Of a DNA stretch of 64,000 nucleotides, positions 7,876 to 17,785 are shown piece after piece. The DNA comes from an uncultured virus (IMG/VR IMGVR_UViG_3300044974_000598). Lineage: Duplodnaviria > Heunggongvirae > Uroviricota > Caudoviricetes. The stretch lies in the IMG/VR virus record IMGVR_UViG_3300044974_000598; one strand, written 5' to 3'. Below the pieces are notes generated by a model, which worked only from the letters and a program-made list of their open reading frames with translations, searched no databases and had not been told where the DNA came from. Position numbers and translations under genes: made by a program. Position 1 is the first letter of the stretch. Each line of letters starts with the position of its first letter.

Positions 7876-8013
7876 ATGAATAATAAAGCCGCAAAAAAAC
7901 TAAGAAGGTTAGCAATCGCTATTGCCGCAGCTAATGGTAAAATTGAAGACTCTGAAAGAATCTACAAAAACCTAAAAACAGTACATAAAGAAAATAAAAA
8001 AGCCCCTAAATAA
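7876..8013 (+). CDS. small basic protein (45 aa, not in ORF track)
   Basis: MNNKAAKKLRRLAIAIAAANGKIEDSERIYKNLKTVHKENKKAPK. Confidence 0.55.
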   Translation: MNNKAAKKLRRLAIAIAAANGKIEDSERIYKNLKTVHKENKKAPK

Positions 8014-8022
8014 ATAGGGGCT
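7996..8022 (-). terminator. intrinsic terminator between convergent operons
   Basis: AGCCCCT/AGGGGCT stem with an A-run on its left. Confidence 0.7.
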
Positions 8023-8028
8023 AATTCA

Positions 8029-8292
8029 TTAAGCGTTTGCTGCAGAATTAATCTGTGCTACAGTAGAAGTCGTATAAAATAATACGGGTAGTTGGTTTAA
8101 ACCAGTAGGTGCTACTTCGACTATTGAATTCATAGTTACTCCGTTAGCTACAAAATTATCAGGAGCTGGGTAAGCTGCAAATGTAGTTACTGGGAATCCG
8201 TAAGAAATGCCAGATGTTGCTGGAGTTCCGTTAGAGTTTAATAAAGCATATTGATTTCTTTGATATGCTGTAATTGATACTATTGTTGCCAT
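8029..8292 (-). CDS. small protein, paralog of 8321-8692; possible capsid decoration protein
   Basis: Shares RNQY.L...NGTPATSG and VANGV.MNS...P.GLNQ with its neighbour. Confidence 0.6.
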   Translation of the reverse strand: MATIVSITAYQRNQYALLNSNGTPATSGISYGFPVTTFAAYPAPDNFVANGVTMNSIVEVAPTGLNQLPVLFYTTSTVAQINSAANA

Positions 8293-8320
8293 TTTTTTAT
8301 TTTTTTAATTGTTTTTTAAA

Positions 8321-8692
8321 TTAAGGTGCTGCAGTTGTTGTTGTGGTTGGAGCTGCAGTCGTAGTTGTTGTTGAAGCTGCAGTTGTTGTTGTAGTGGTTG
8401 GTGCTGCAGTTGTTGTTGTAGTTGTAACAATACCACCACCATTAATAGCTGTAATTATCTGTGCAACTGTTGCAGCACTATATAATTTTTCAGCTGGTTG
8501 ATTAAGACCACTAGGGTACATAAGAATTAATGAATTCATTTGTACTCCATTTGCTACCACAGTAGTAGGTTGAACTTGTAAGCCAACCGTAGGTAATGAG
8601 AATAATACACCAGATGTCGCAGGTGTGCCATTTGGGTTGTTTAAATCGTATTGATTTCTACGATAAACATAAACCGATAAGTGATTTGCCAT
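8321..8692 (-). CDS. small protein with C-terminal (T5-6AAP)n tail; possible capsid decoration protein
   Basis: Paralog of 8029-8292 plus a ~35-aa Thr-rich tail; own promoter TATATTTG at 8732-8739 (minus). Confidence 0.65.
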   Translation of the reverse strand: MANHLSVYVYRRNQYDLNNPNGTPATSGVLFSLPTVGLQVQPTTVVANGVQMNSLILMYPSGLNQPAEKLYSAATVAQIITAINGGGIVTTTTTTAAPTTTTTTAASTTTTTAAPTTTTTAAP

Positions 8693-8770
8693 TTTTTTTG
8701 GTTTTTATTTTTTGTTTTAAAATTGTTTCAACAAATATAAGCAATTATTAGGAATTTATTTTTGAAAAAA

Positions 8771-8817
8771 TATTAAATTAATTAAATTAGCACTACATTT
8801 GTATTAAATTAATTAAA
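8771..8817 (+). promoter_or_regulatory. promoter of the packaging operon with a 16-bp direct repeat
   Basis: TACATTTG (8794-8801) bracketed by two exact copies of TATTAAATTAATTAAA (8771-8786, 8802-8817). Confidence 0.65.
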
Positions 8818-8819
8818 CT

Positions 8820-9500
8820 ATGAAATTGAAAGCTCCAAGTAATAGGGTAATCATTAAGGTTGATTTAGAAAGTAAAAATAGTCATACATTTAAAGATGGT
8901 ACAAAAATTAAACTAGAAAGAGTATATGACAATTTTAATATGCGCTATGTTAAACCGGTTAATGCTGAAGTTGTCGATGCTAAAGACATTCCTACTGGGG
9001 CTGAAATACTTATCCATCATAATGCTACTCATGATACTTATAAGATTTTTAATTATCAAAGACCTACTACTGAAGCTTCTTCAGATATTCAATATTTCTC
9101 AATACCAATCGAAGAATGTTTTATGTGGAGAGAAACAAAAGGTTCCATATGGAACGCTTTAAATAATTTTGTTACAGCGCTAAGAATATTTAAGCCATAC
9201 AATGGTATGCTTGAGGGCATTGAGCCAGAAGTAATGAATAATAAACTATACATAACTAGCGGTGAGTTAAAAGGCAGAGCAGTTAATACCGTAATTTCAA
9301 GTGATTATGAGATTATATATCAAAATGACGATGGTACAGAAGGAAGAATTATCAGATTAAGATATTATCCAGACGGGAACGATAGAAATGAGATTATAGC
9401 CATAAACGATAATATGACAGCATTGGTTGAGAGTGGTGATTTATGGGTGGGGTATAGCAAATCAGATGCAAAACAATTAAAAGAATTAGAATGTCTGTAG
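8820..9500 (+). CDS. GroES-like domain protein
   Basis: N-terminus MKLKAPSNRVIIKV and AEVV...IPTGAEILIHHN resemble the GroES fold; position upstream of the terminase. Confidence 0.5.
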   Translation: MKLKAPSNRVIIKVDLESKNSHTFKDGTKIKLERVYDNFNMRYVKPVNAEVVDAKDIPTGAEILIHHNATHDTYKIFNYQRPTTEASSDIQYFSIPIEECFMWRETKGSIWNALNNFVTALRIFKPYNGMLEGIEPEVMNNKLYITSGELKGRAVNTVISSDYEIIYQNDDGTEGRIIRLRYYPDGNDRNEIIAINDNMTALVESGDLWVGYSKSDAKQLKELECL

Positions 9501-9874
9501 AATTAGATAAAATAAAGGATTTAGAAAAGCAAATTGCCTATTTACAAGGCAGAAATGCTTATTACGAGCAAGATGGTATTGGTAAGCTATATCATGCCTT
9601 AAATAGAAAGGCTAATGAAATGGCTGAATTATTGAATAAAACTAGCCTTACAGCTATTGATATTGATGACCCTAAGATTAAGACTTTTGAAAGATTGCAG
9701 AAAATATGGGTAGATGCAGGAACAATTTCTGCTTCAATAAAGGCACTAGAAGTATTAGCTGGAATAAATCAAGAAGTAACTGATAAAAAAGAGGTAGTTC
9801 AAGCTAATAAGAAACCATTTTCACCAGAGAATATGGCTGATGCCGTTGGTGAGTTAGCTGGTAAAAGAATATAA
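9491..9874 (+). CDS. possible terminase small subunit
   Basis: Small helical protein immediately upstream of TerL; positional inference only. Confidence 0.4.
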   Translation: MSVELDKIKDLEKQIAYLQGRNAYYEQDGIGKLYHALNRKANEMAELLNKTSLTAIDIDDPKIKTFERLQKIWVDAGTISASIKALEVLAGINQEVTDKKEVVQANKKPFSPENMADAVGELAGKRI

Positions 9875-9876
9875 TT

Positions 9877-11925
9877 ATGTACGAAAAAATTGAAGGTGGA
9901 ACTATTATAGATATCCAAGGATTGAAGTGTAATCTTCCTCCAGATGGGTATGTTTATAATATAATTACCAAACAATTAGAATTTAGAGGTATTTATGAAA
10001 GAGATAAAAATATAAGCGAACAATATTGGAAAAGAATACCGATGCCCAGTTGGTATGCCGACACAATGAAGAAATGGGATGAGTTTGATAAAAAGAAAAA
10101 AGACGATGAGCTTGAATTTTACGATGAAAGATTAGAGGAGTTTAAAAGACAAGAATGGGATAGAAGATTGAATGGATTTTGGTACATGAATAATGGGGTG
10201 CCTACTTATTTGACTGGGTTACACTATTTATACTTGCAATGGTGGTCAATTGATATTGGTTATCCAAAGTTTAGGATACCAGATTTAGAGAAGTTCTATT
10301 TTATGGAATATTGTATTCAAGACCCGTTATGTATGGGGATGCTTGAGGTAACCAAAAGAAGGTTTGGTAAGTCATTTGTGGCTGGTTTATTTGTAACCGA
10401 ATATACTACAAGGACAAAGATGACAAACGGCGGTATTCAGTCTAAAACAGGCTCTGATGCTAAAAAATTCTTTGCTAAGACGGTTGTAAATCCATTTAGA
10501 CGACTACCTAAGTTTTTTAGACCAGAATATGATATGTCTTTGGGGGTAAATCCAAAATCTGAGATGCGATTCCAAAAGACAAACGTAAGGGGTAAAAAAG
10601 CAGAGGAAAATGTAGATAAAGATGAATTAGGTTCAGTTATTGACCATCAGTCAGCAGATACTGTTGCCTATGATGGACAAAAACTCCATAGATATGTAGC
10701 AGATGAGTGCGGTAAAACCACAGAGGTTAATGTGTACGATAGACACGAGGTTGTGCGTTATTGTTTGCTAGATGATGAAGGTCAAATTATTGGCAAAGCA
10801 TTATATACCACCACAGTAGAGAAACTTACAACTGAAAAAGATGGTGTTCAAGATGCATTTAAATTATTATGGGAAGAAAGTAATCAAGAAAAACGACAAG
10901 ATAATGGAACTACTTCTAGCGGTCTTTATCGATTCTTCATGTCTGCAAAGCGTACAAGAAATTTTGACGATTTTGGGCATCCAGATGAAGAAAAAACTTT
11001 GGCTCAAATTTTAGCTGACAGGGACACAGTAAAAAATAATCAAAGAGCATTATCTGCTCGTATTAGAAAAGAACCTCTTACCATAGACGAAGCTTTTAGT
11101 ACGGATTCAGATAAGTGTATTTTTAATGTAATGAACATCGGGGCAAGAGAGTCTTATTTAAAAGAAAATCCTAAACTTAAGCGTCATGTTATATTTTACA
11201 GAGATATTGACCAAGTAGTTAGGTGGCGAGAAATAAATGATAAAGAAGAAGATTTCCATTGGGTTATAACCCAGTTCCCACAAGCGGGCGAAGAAAACAA
11301 GCATACTTACGATGTAAAAACTAGAAAACCAGCTAGGGTATCTGATGGTGCAATAGCAATCGATGGTTATAGTAATAGTCAAGGTGGTAAGTATGGTTCA
11401 AAAGCCTCGGCTTGGATAGGAAGAAGATACGATTTATTAAATCCAGAACATACTGGGAAAGCCATAGGTCATCTTTACGGAAGGCCACAAATCAAAGAAA
11501 CCTTACATGAACAAGTTCTTTTAGCAGCTGAATTTTATGGCTATCAAGCTTGGTATGAGCATAATAGTGATGATTATCTATCCTATTTTAGAGATAGAGG
11601 AAGAGTTGGTTATCTTGGTTCATACCCACTTTCAACTATTGACCCAGCAAAAAGAGAAACAGCTGATAGACACAAAGGATTTCCTACTACACCGTTTAGT
11701 TTGACAAAGCAAACCGATGTGGGGATTATGTATTTTGAATCACATATTGATTCAATAGATTTTGAAAATTTGCTTGAAGATGCAAAAAAATTCGACCCTA
11801 ACAACAGAACCGAATATGATATTACGGTATCTTTTTTGATGTTAATTGTTTGTTTAATGGAGCCGGTCCAAAAACTAATCAAGAGAGAAGCGCTTGTAAA
11901 AAGTTATGTTCCTGTGTTTAATTAA
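9877..11925 (+). CDS. terL: terminase large subunit
   Basis: YLTGLHYLYLQW, Walker A KRRFGKS, Walker B YVADECGK, C-terminal nuclease (IAIDGY, YEHN, YDITVS). Confidence 0.92.
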   Translation: MYEKIEGGTIIDIQGLKCNLPPDGYVYNIITKQLEFRGIYERDKNISEQYWKRIPMPSWYADTMKKWDEFDKKKKDDELEFYDERLEEFKRQEWDRRLNGFWYMNNGVPTYLTGLHYLYLQWWSIDIGYPKFRIPDLEKFYFMEYCIQDPLCMGMLEVTKRRFGKSFVAGLFVTEYTTRTKMTNGGIQSKTGSDAKKFFAKTVVNPFRRLPKFFRPEYDMSLGVNPKSEMRFQKTNVRGKKAEENVDKDELGSVIDHQSADTVAYDGQKLHRYVADECGKTTEVNVYDRHEVVRYCLLDDEGQIIGKALYTTTVEKLTTEKDGVQDAFKLLWEESNQEKRQDNGTTSSGLYRFFMSAKRTRNFDDFGHPDEEKTLAQILADRDTVKNNQRALSARIRKEPLTIDEAFSTDSDKCIFNVMNIGARESYLKENPKLKRHVIFYRDIDQVVRWREINDKEEDFHWVITQFPQAGEENKHTYDVKTRKPARVSDGAIAIDGYSNSQGGKYGSKASAWIGRRYDLLNPEHTGKAIGHLYGRPQIKETLHEQVLLAAEFYGYQAWYEHNSDDYLSYFRDRGRVGYLGSYPLSTIDPAKRETADRHKGFPTTPFSLTKQTDVGIMYFESHIDSIDFENLLEDAKKFDPNNRTEYDITVSFLMLIVCLMEPVQKLIKREALVKSYVPVFN

Positions 11926-11955
11926 TTAAAATTTTACTAAATTCTTAATATTTAG

Positions 11956-11963
11956 TATATTTG
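11956..11963 (+). promoter_or_regulatory. -7 promoter box for the portal operon
   Basis: TATATTTG in the terL-portal gap. Confidence 0.6.
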
Positions 11964-11980
11964 ACACAAAATACACTCAA

Positions 11981-14371
11981 TTGGCAGATAGTCCTTTATC
12001 AATATCAGCAGCAAATAGTAATGGAGAAGCTTTAAAAAAGTTTCAAATTACTACCGATGTATCTTCTAAGAAAGATTACATGTACGGTAAAAATGTTGCA
12101 CAAAGTATCTACTCTACAATATACGGTAACCAAACTTATTTTTGGTTAAGAAATAATAGATTTAGAAAAAATAGACAAATTGCAAATGGTAAAATAGACA
12201 TGAGTGTGTTTATGGACCGTTTGGAAATGAACAGCAAAGCTAACTTTGTAAATATAAATTGGAAATCAATTATTATTGGTAATACAATTGTTGCAAGATT
12301 AGTTGGTGCATGGATGAGTAGAAATGAAAAAGTTACAGTTACTGCTACTGATTCAGCATCTGCAATGTTAAAAAAAGATGCAGCCAATGAAGCAGAATTT
12401 GTTTTTCAAAATAAACAAATCCTTGCTAATTTAGAACAACAATCTGGAATTCCTATGGTTCCACAAGGCCAATTTGTTGCAGAAGATAAAGATGAATTAG
12501 ACCAATGGATTTCTGAATTTAATCACTTACCAGAAGAAATACAATATAGCATTGGATGTAATAATGTATTAGAGGCTAATGGTTGGAATGATGTTTTAAA
12601 ACAAAGATTATTGCATGATTCAGCAGAGGTTGGATTAGTGTGTACATATACTTGGATGGATGAAGAAGGGGAAGTTCATGTTCAATGGATTCGTCCGGAA
12701 AACGCAATTTATTCATATTCTGATTTTCCAGATTTTAGAGATACAACATATCGTGGACATATTTTATCTATGAAAATTAGTGAAATAAGAGCTAGATATG
12801 GTAAAGCTAGTGGTGGAACATTATCTGAAGAAGATATATTTATGTTGGCCCAGTCATGTAAAGAATACCAATTAACAGATAAGATTAAGTGGATGCAAGA
12901 TTGGAATGTTTCTTGGTTACGCCCTTATGATGAGTGGAATATTGATTTAATGAATTTTGAAATTAGAACATTAGATTCTGATGGATATACTGTTACCAAA
13001 ACTAAAAAAAATGGTAGCACAATTATAAGAAAAGGCAAGCCTGAAAAACTTGATGAGAATCAAGAATATTTAGAAGAGAAAAAATGGAATATATACGAGG
13101 GTGTATATTGTCCTGTTACTCAAAAAATGATTCATTGGGGGATTAAGAAAAATATGATTCGTCCTCAAGACCCTAAAGAAATTGGCAATGCTGAATTTTC
13201 ATATAGTTTTTATATGTACGACCCATACGATATGCGTAATGTGGCTGTACCTGAAAAAATAGAAGAGCCTATTGAGCAAATGATTTTGGCTAGATTAAAG
13301 ATACAACAAATGGTAGCTAAGATGGTTCCAGCAGGTGCTTCTATTGATGTTGATGCGTTGCAAGAACTTGATTTAGGATTAGGTGATTCTGTTAAACCAT
13401 TAGAAGTACAAAAAATATGGGAGCAAACAGGTAAACTTTATTATCGTGGTAGAGATGCTGAGGGTAATAGAATACCCGTTCCAATTACAGAATTAGCTAA
13501 TACAGGATTTGCTCCTCAATTACAAGCTTTAATTCAATTATACCAATTCCATTATCAAGTATTAAAAGATGAGTTAGGAGAAGACCCTAATTTAATGAAT
13601 CAAGCTGCACAACCAAGAGTTGCTGCATCAAATATTCAAGCTTCTCAACAACTTGCTAATAATGCAACTGAATACATGTATGATGCATATATTTATGTAA
13701 TGGAAGAAAGCTGTAAAAAAATAGCTTGTTTATTGAATAAAAGTGTAACATACGGAGCTGAAAAATATAGAGATTTACTTAAAGAGGAAGATGTAAAAAA
13801 TAGAAATTTTGTTGCAACAATAAAAATGTTACCAACAGAAATGGAGATAGCAAATTTGCAAGCAATGATGAATAATTCTATTGCCTCAAACCCTCAATTA
13901 ATAATATATTTAGACCCTTTTAAAGCAATGAGAATTGCAAAAGAAAATGTATCGTTAGCTGAATTATATTTTAGACAAGCTCAAAAAAGATATATAAAAA
14001 CAGAGCAAGAAAAAGCTCAAATGAATAGTGAGCAAAATGCACAGATTCAACAATCAAGCATGCAAGCAAAAGCTCAAGGCGATGCTGCTTTGTTAGATAA
14101 ACAAACACAGGCAAGGCAGAGAGAGATTATAATTCAAGGTATGTTTGATTTAGCTAAAGCTAGTATCCCAATGCCAGTAGAATTAAAGCCTTTAATAGCA
14201 GAAATGTTGCAAAATATTGAAGTGCCATTAGCTATTGATAATCAACAAATGGAACAGGCATTACAGCAACAACAAATGGAACAAATGCAACAACAAATGT
14301 TAGAACAAGGTCAAGGCTCACCTGAACAAGAGCAAATGATGATGGAACAACAACAAATGCAACAACAATAA
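11981..14371 (+). CDS. portal protein (crAss-like)
   Basis: 796 aa directly after TerL; NINW, LLHD..EVG, DSDG, WEQTGKLYYR pattern; Q/M-rich C-terminus. Confidence 0.85.
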   Translation: MADSPLSISAANSNGEALKKFQITTDVSSKKDYMYGKNVAQSIYSTIYGNQTYFWLRNNRFRKNRQIANGKIDMSVFMDRLEMNSKANFVNINWKSIIIGNTIVARLVGAWMSRNEKVTVTATDSASAMLKKDAANEAEFVFQNKQILANLEQQSGIPMVPQGQFVAEDKDELDQWISEFNHLPEEIQYSIGCNNVLEANGWNDVLKQRLLHDSAEVGLVCTYTWMDEEGEVHVQWIRPENAIYSYSDFPDFRDTTYRGHILSMKISEIRARYGKASGGTLSEEDIFMLAQSCKEYQLTDKIKWMQDWNVSWLRPYDEWNIDLMNFEIRTLDSDGYTVTKTKKNGSTIIRKGKPEKLDENQEYLEEKKWNIYEGVYCPVTQKMIHWGIKKNMIRPQDPKEIGNAEFSYSFYMYDPYDMRNVAVPEKIEEPIEQMILARLKIQQMVAKMVPAGASIDVDALQELDLGLGDSVKPLEVQKIWEQTGKLYYRGRDAEGNRIPVPITELANTGFAPQLQALIQLYQFHYQVLKDELGEDPNLMNQAAQPRVAASNIQASQQLANNATEYMYDAYIYVMEESCKKIACLLNKSVTYGAEKYRDLLKEEDVKNRNFVATIKMLPTEMEIANLQAMMNNSIASNPQLIIYLDPFKAMRIAKENVSLAELYFRQAQKRYIKTEQEKAQMNSEQNAQIQQSSMQAKAQGDAALLDKQTQARQREIIIQGMFDLAKASIPMPVELKPLIAEMLQNIEVPLAIDNQQMEQALQQQQMEQMQQQMLEQGQGSPEQEQMMMEQQQMQQQ

Positions 14372-14393
14372 AATAACATAAAAAATAAATAAA

Positions 14394-14774
14394 ATGGCAA
14401 CGGTAAGTAAACTTTTAATAAGACTACAAAAATTTAGTTCAAAAATTAGCACAGTTGTAGATGCGACAGATTCCTTTAATGCTAATAATAATTTTTACCA
14501 AGATTTATCTGGATGGGATTCTGCAGTAGTACAATTTGTAGGTACATCTGGAACAGTTAGTTTCAGTACTACCAACGATGATGGTTCTATTACAGGACAA
14601 TTATCCCCTGCACCAGAAGTACCAATTAACTGGGTTTCGGTTTTAGGAGTTAATTTGACAACCAAAACAGATGTTGCATCAATTGCAGCAGCTGGTATTG
14701 TTGAATTTGGTATTATTGGTAAATATTTGTTATTACAAGGTAATACAACGACAACGACAACAGCAGCACCTTAA
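14394..14774 (+). CDS. probable virion (head) accessory protein ending TTTTTTAAP
   Basis: Beta-rich small protein between portal and scaffold. Confidence 0.55.
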   Translation: MATVSKLLIRLQKFSSKISTVVDATDSFNANNNFYQDLSGWDSAVVQFVGTSGTVSFSTTNDDGSITGQLSPAPEVPINWVSVLGVNLTTKTDVASIAAAGIVEFGIIGKYLLLQGNTTTTTTAAP

Positions 14775-14793
14775 TATTTAAAAAAGATAAAAA

Positions 14794-15060
14794 ATGGCAA
14801 ATTTAATAGCATATGTATTATCAAAAAATACATACCCAACAGCAAGCGAAGCGTTTAATGTCGCAACATCACAAGGGACACAAATAGTTTACGCTACAAC
14901 ATCCACCTTGACTACTGCTAATAAATTATTTAGCAGCAGCAAGTCGAAGCAGCCAATTTACGGTGACGGGACAAGTTGGTATGGCGTACATTTGTTAACT
15001 GATACAACAGTTGATTATGTAATTACCATTAACAATAGTGGTACTATAGTTATAGACTAA
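14794..15060 (+). CDS. probable virion accessory protein
   Basis: Small T/S-rich ORF in the head module. Confidence 0.5.
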   Translation: MANLIAYVLSKNTYPTASEAFNVATSQGTQIVYATTSTLTTANKLFSSSKSKQPIYGDGTSWYGVHLLTDTTVDYVITINNSGTIVID

Positions 15061-15085
15061 TAAAATAGAAACCAAATAAGCATTT

Positions 15086-16246
15086 ATGCCAGAGAATACC
15101 CCAGCAGCTCCAATAGAGCTTGCAGAAGGCTTCAATCCGTTTTCGGATGATAACGCACCACAAGTGCAACCTAAGATAGAAGAAGCCCCTATCTTAACAA
15201 ATGAGCCAGCACAAGCAGCTCCTCCTCAACAAGAGGAAACAAAAGTAGAGGAACAAGCGGTATCTACTCAATCATTTGACTCAAATCAATTTGTAAAAGA
15301 AAGATTTGGCTATGATAGTGTAGAGCAAGCTGAAGAAGAGTTTAAAAAACTCAAGGAACAACCAAGTTTTGAATTTAAAGATGATGTAAGTAGAACATTA
15401 TTTGATGCTATTAAAGAAGGCAAAGCAGATGATGTTTACGAAATTCTAAATCAACAAAAAAGGTTAGAAAAATTAATAACTTCAGATTTAACACCAGACT
15501 TGGCTGCTGAAATTGTTAAAACAAATATTAAAAATAAATATAAAGATTTAACATCTGAAGATGTTGACCTTTTGTTTTATGACCAATATTTCGTACCTTT
15601 AAAGCCTGAACAGGGCTATAATGAATCTGATGAGGATTATGCTGGTAAAGTAAAAACATGGCAGTCACAAGTAGATTACGCAGATAGGAAGTTGATGATT
15701 GAAGCGAAAGTGATTAGACCAGAGCTAGAAAAATTAAAAAGTGAAATAAAGTTACCTGATATTTATAATGAGGCTGGAAGAGAAGCTGAATCTCAAGAGG
15801 AATTTGAGATTATGCAACAAGCAAGGTCGATTTATGAAAAAACACTTGATTCTGATTTCCAATCCTTCAACGGATTTAATGTTTCGGTAAAAGACGAGGA
15901 TGTCGAAATACCGATTTCATTTAATGTAGGTGAAGACGAAAGATTGGCTATGAAGAATGATTTGGCTGATTTTGATAGTGACTCATATTTTGAAGGCAGA
16001 TGGTTTACCAAGGACGGGAAACCAAATGTTCAACAAATAATGGCAGATAAATATTTGCTTGAGAATCGTGAAAAAATCTTCTCAAAAATAGCAAATGAAG
16101 CCGCATCTCAAAGATTGTTGGCTCATTTAAAGAAAAACGGGAATATAAATATCAACCAAAGCCCCACTCCTCAAGGAGCGAAACCAGACCTGAATGGCAC
16201 CGAAGCTGAAAGGCTAAGGATGGCAGAATGGGCTTTTAGTTCGTAA
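15086..16246 (+). CDS. capsid scaffolding/assembly protein
   Basis: Acidic helical protein immediately upstream of the major capsid gene. Confidence 0.65.
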   Translation: MPENTPAAPIELAEGFNPFSDDNAPQVQPKIEEAPILTNEPAQAAPPQQEETKVEEQAVSTQSFDSNQFVKERFGYDSVEQAEEEFKKLKEQPSFEFKDDVSRTLFDAIKEGKADDVYEILNQQKRLEKLITSDLTPDLAAEIVKTNIKNKYKDLTSEDVDLLFYDQYFVPLKPEQGYNESDEDYAGKVKTWQSQVDYADRKLMIEAKVIRPELEKLKSEIKLPDIYNEAGREAESQEEFEIMQQARSIYEKTLDSDFQSFNGFNVSVKDEDVEIPISFNVGEDERLAMKNDLADFDSDSYFEGRWFTKDGKPNVQQIMADKYLLENREKIFSKIANEAASQRLLAHLKKNGNININQSPTPQGAKPDLNGTEAERLRMAEWAFSS

Positions 16247-16294
16247 CTTGATATTTGCCTTTGGAGGAGGCGCAAAAAATAAAAACTAAATATC

Positions 16295-17707
16295 ATGGCA
16301 GGAATACCTACCTCAAATATTTTGCAGCCGGGTTCAATCTCGTTGCAAACCCAGAATAGGCAACTTATGGTTGACCTACAATTATTAACTCCACAGTACT
16401 ACAAGCAATACACTCAAAAGTATGGCAATGAAGATTTTACATGGTGGTTAGCTGCTCATAGCGGCATGGAAGAAGTTAAAAACTTAAACTACTTCTGGTT
16501 TGAAAACCGCGGTAAATTAATGCCGGGTGTTACAAACAATAGCACAGTTGCTGCTGCAGCTGGTGCTTCTATTACATTAACTTTAGGTGCAGAAGCTTAC
16601 TACAACAGTGGTACTCAATCTCCATTAAGAGTTAATGAAACTTTGCGTGTTGCATCTTCAAACATTGAGGGTGTTATCGTAAGTATCGATGATTCTGTTC
16701 CTAATGCATTTACTTTTGTAGTTGCTCCTAAGCAAACTACTCAAGGCTTCCAATCAGCTGGTTCTGGTTCATTATTAGCTGGTGAGGTTTTATTATTCGG
16801 TGGTGACGCAGATGCTGGTGAAGCTTCTCAAGCTATCAATCCGTTAATCCAATTGGACGAAAGATATGATAACTTTGTAACAGAAATTCGCGATGGTTGG
16901 TCTAACACTGACTTAGCGCAAATGGCTGAAACATATTATGAGTTCCCTGTATCTCCAGATATGGCTCAAAATGGCGTTACTGCGTTTACTTACAAAGGTA
17001 TGTATAAGACTCTTGTTCGTTTCAAAAACAACGTAGAAGCAAAATTAATGCGTGGTAATTTACAAAATAACAGCGCTATTGATTCTAACTCTCAAGGTTC
17101 AGTAGGTATCATTCCTAAAGTTGTTGCTGACGGTGAAACTGTTGGTTACACTCCGGGTACATTAGATATCGCTAAATTACATGAGATTACTCGTATCATG
17201 GACGTTAATGGTTGTGCTAAGCAATCTGCTTGGTTAACTGATATCTTTCAAAGACAAGATTTCTCTGATGGTATCTTCGCTGCTTACCCAGCTGGTGCTT
17301 TCGTTTATGGACAAGGCGAGAAGTCAAAAGAGGCTTCTGTTGCTTATGGTTTCCAAGAAATCTTCATCGATGGATATTTATTATCTGTAAAGAAGTACGC
17401 TCAATTCAACACTGAGGTTACTACTGGTTTAACTCCAAATGTAGATTACTTCCGTAATTTCGGATTAATCTATCCAATGGGTGAAACTAAGGATGCGAAA
17501 ACCGCTCAAGTTTACAAGAATATCACTATTATGTATCAACAACCTCCTCAAGGTGGTACTGTTGGTAACGGTATTCGCGTATGGCAATATGGTGGTGGTT
17601 CTCCAAACCCTACAGATGGTACAATGACTAATCAAATCGCGATGATTACCTACAGAGGTACTCGTGTTTGTGCAGCAAACCAATTTATCATCGTTCAAGG
17701 TAACTAA
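16295..17707 (+). CDS. major capsid protein
   Basis: 470 aa; YFWFENRG and EAKLMRG...GIIPKV patterns; highly biased codons; followed by a strong terminator. Confidence 0.85.
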   Translation: MAGIPTSNILQPGSISLQTQNRQLMVDLQLLTPQYYKQYTQKYGNEDFTWWLAAHSGMEEVKNLNYFWFENRGKLMPGVTNNSTVAAAAGASITLTLGAEAYYNSGTQSPLRVNETLRVASSNIEGVIVSIDDSVPNAFTFVVAPKQTTQGFQSAGSGSLLAGEVLLFGGDADAGEASQAINPLIQLDERYDNFVTEIRDGWSNTDLAQMAETYYEFPVSPDMAQNGVTAFTYKGMYKTLVRFKNNVEAKLMRGNLQNNSAIDSNSQGSVGIIPKVVADGETVGYTPGTLDIAKLHEITRIMDVNGCAKQSAWLTDIFQRQDFSDGIFAAYPAGAFVYGQGEKSKEASVAYGFQEIFIDGYLLSVKKYAQFNTEVTTGLTPNVDYFRNFGLIYPMGETKDAKTAQVYKNITIMYQQPPQGGTVGNGIRVWQYGGGSPNPTDGTMTNQIAMITYRGTRVCAANQFIIVQGN

Positions 17708-17726
17708 TTTGTTACCAAAATAATCG

Positions 17727-17763
17727 GGTAGGGGCAACTTTATTGATTGCTCCTACCTTTTTT
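17727..17763 (+). terminator. intrinsic terminator after the major capsid gene
   Basis: GGTAGGGGCAA/TTGCTCCTACC stem followed by T6. Confidence 0.85.
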
Positions 17764-17785
17764 AAACATTAAAAAATAACCATTT

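Noticed and set aside
14240..14371. Gln/Met-rich portal C-terminus
   Set aside because: Low-complexity tails like this are common on podovirus portals.
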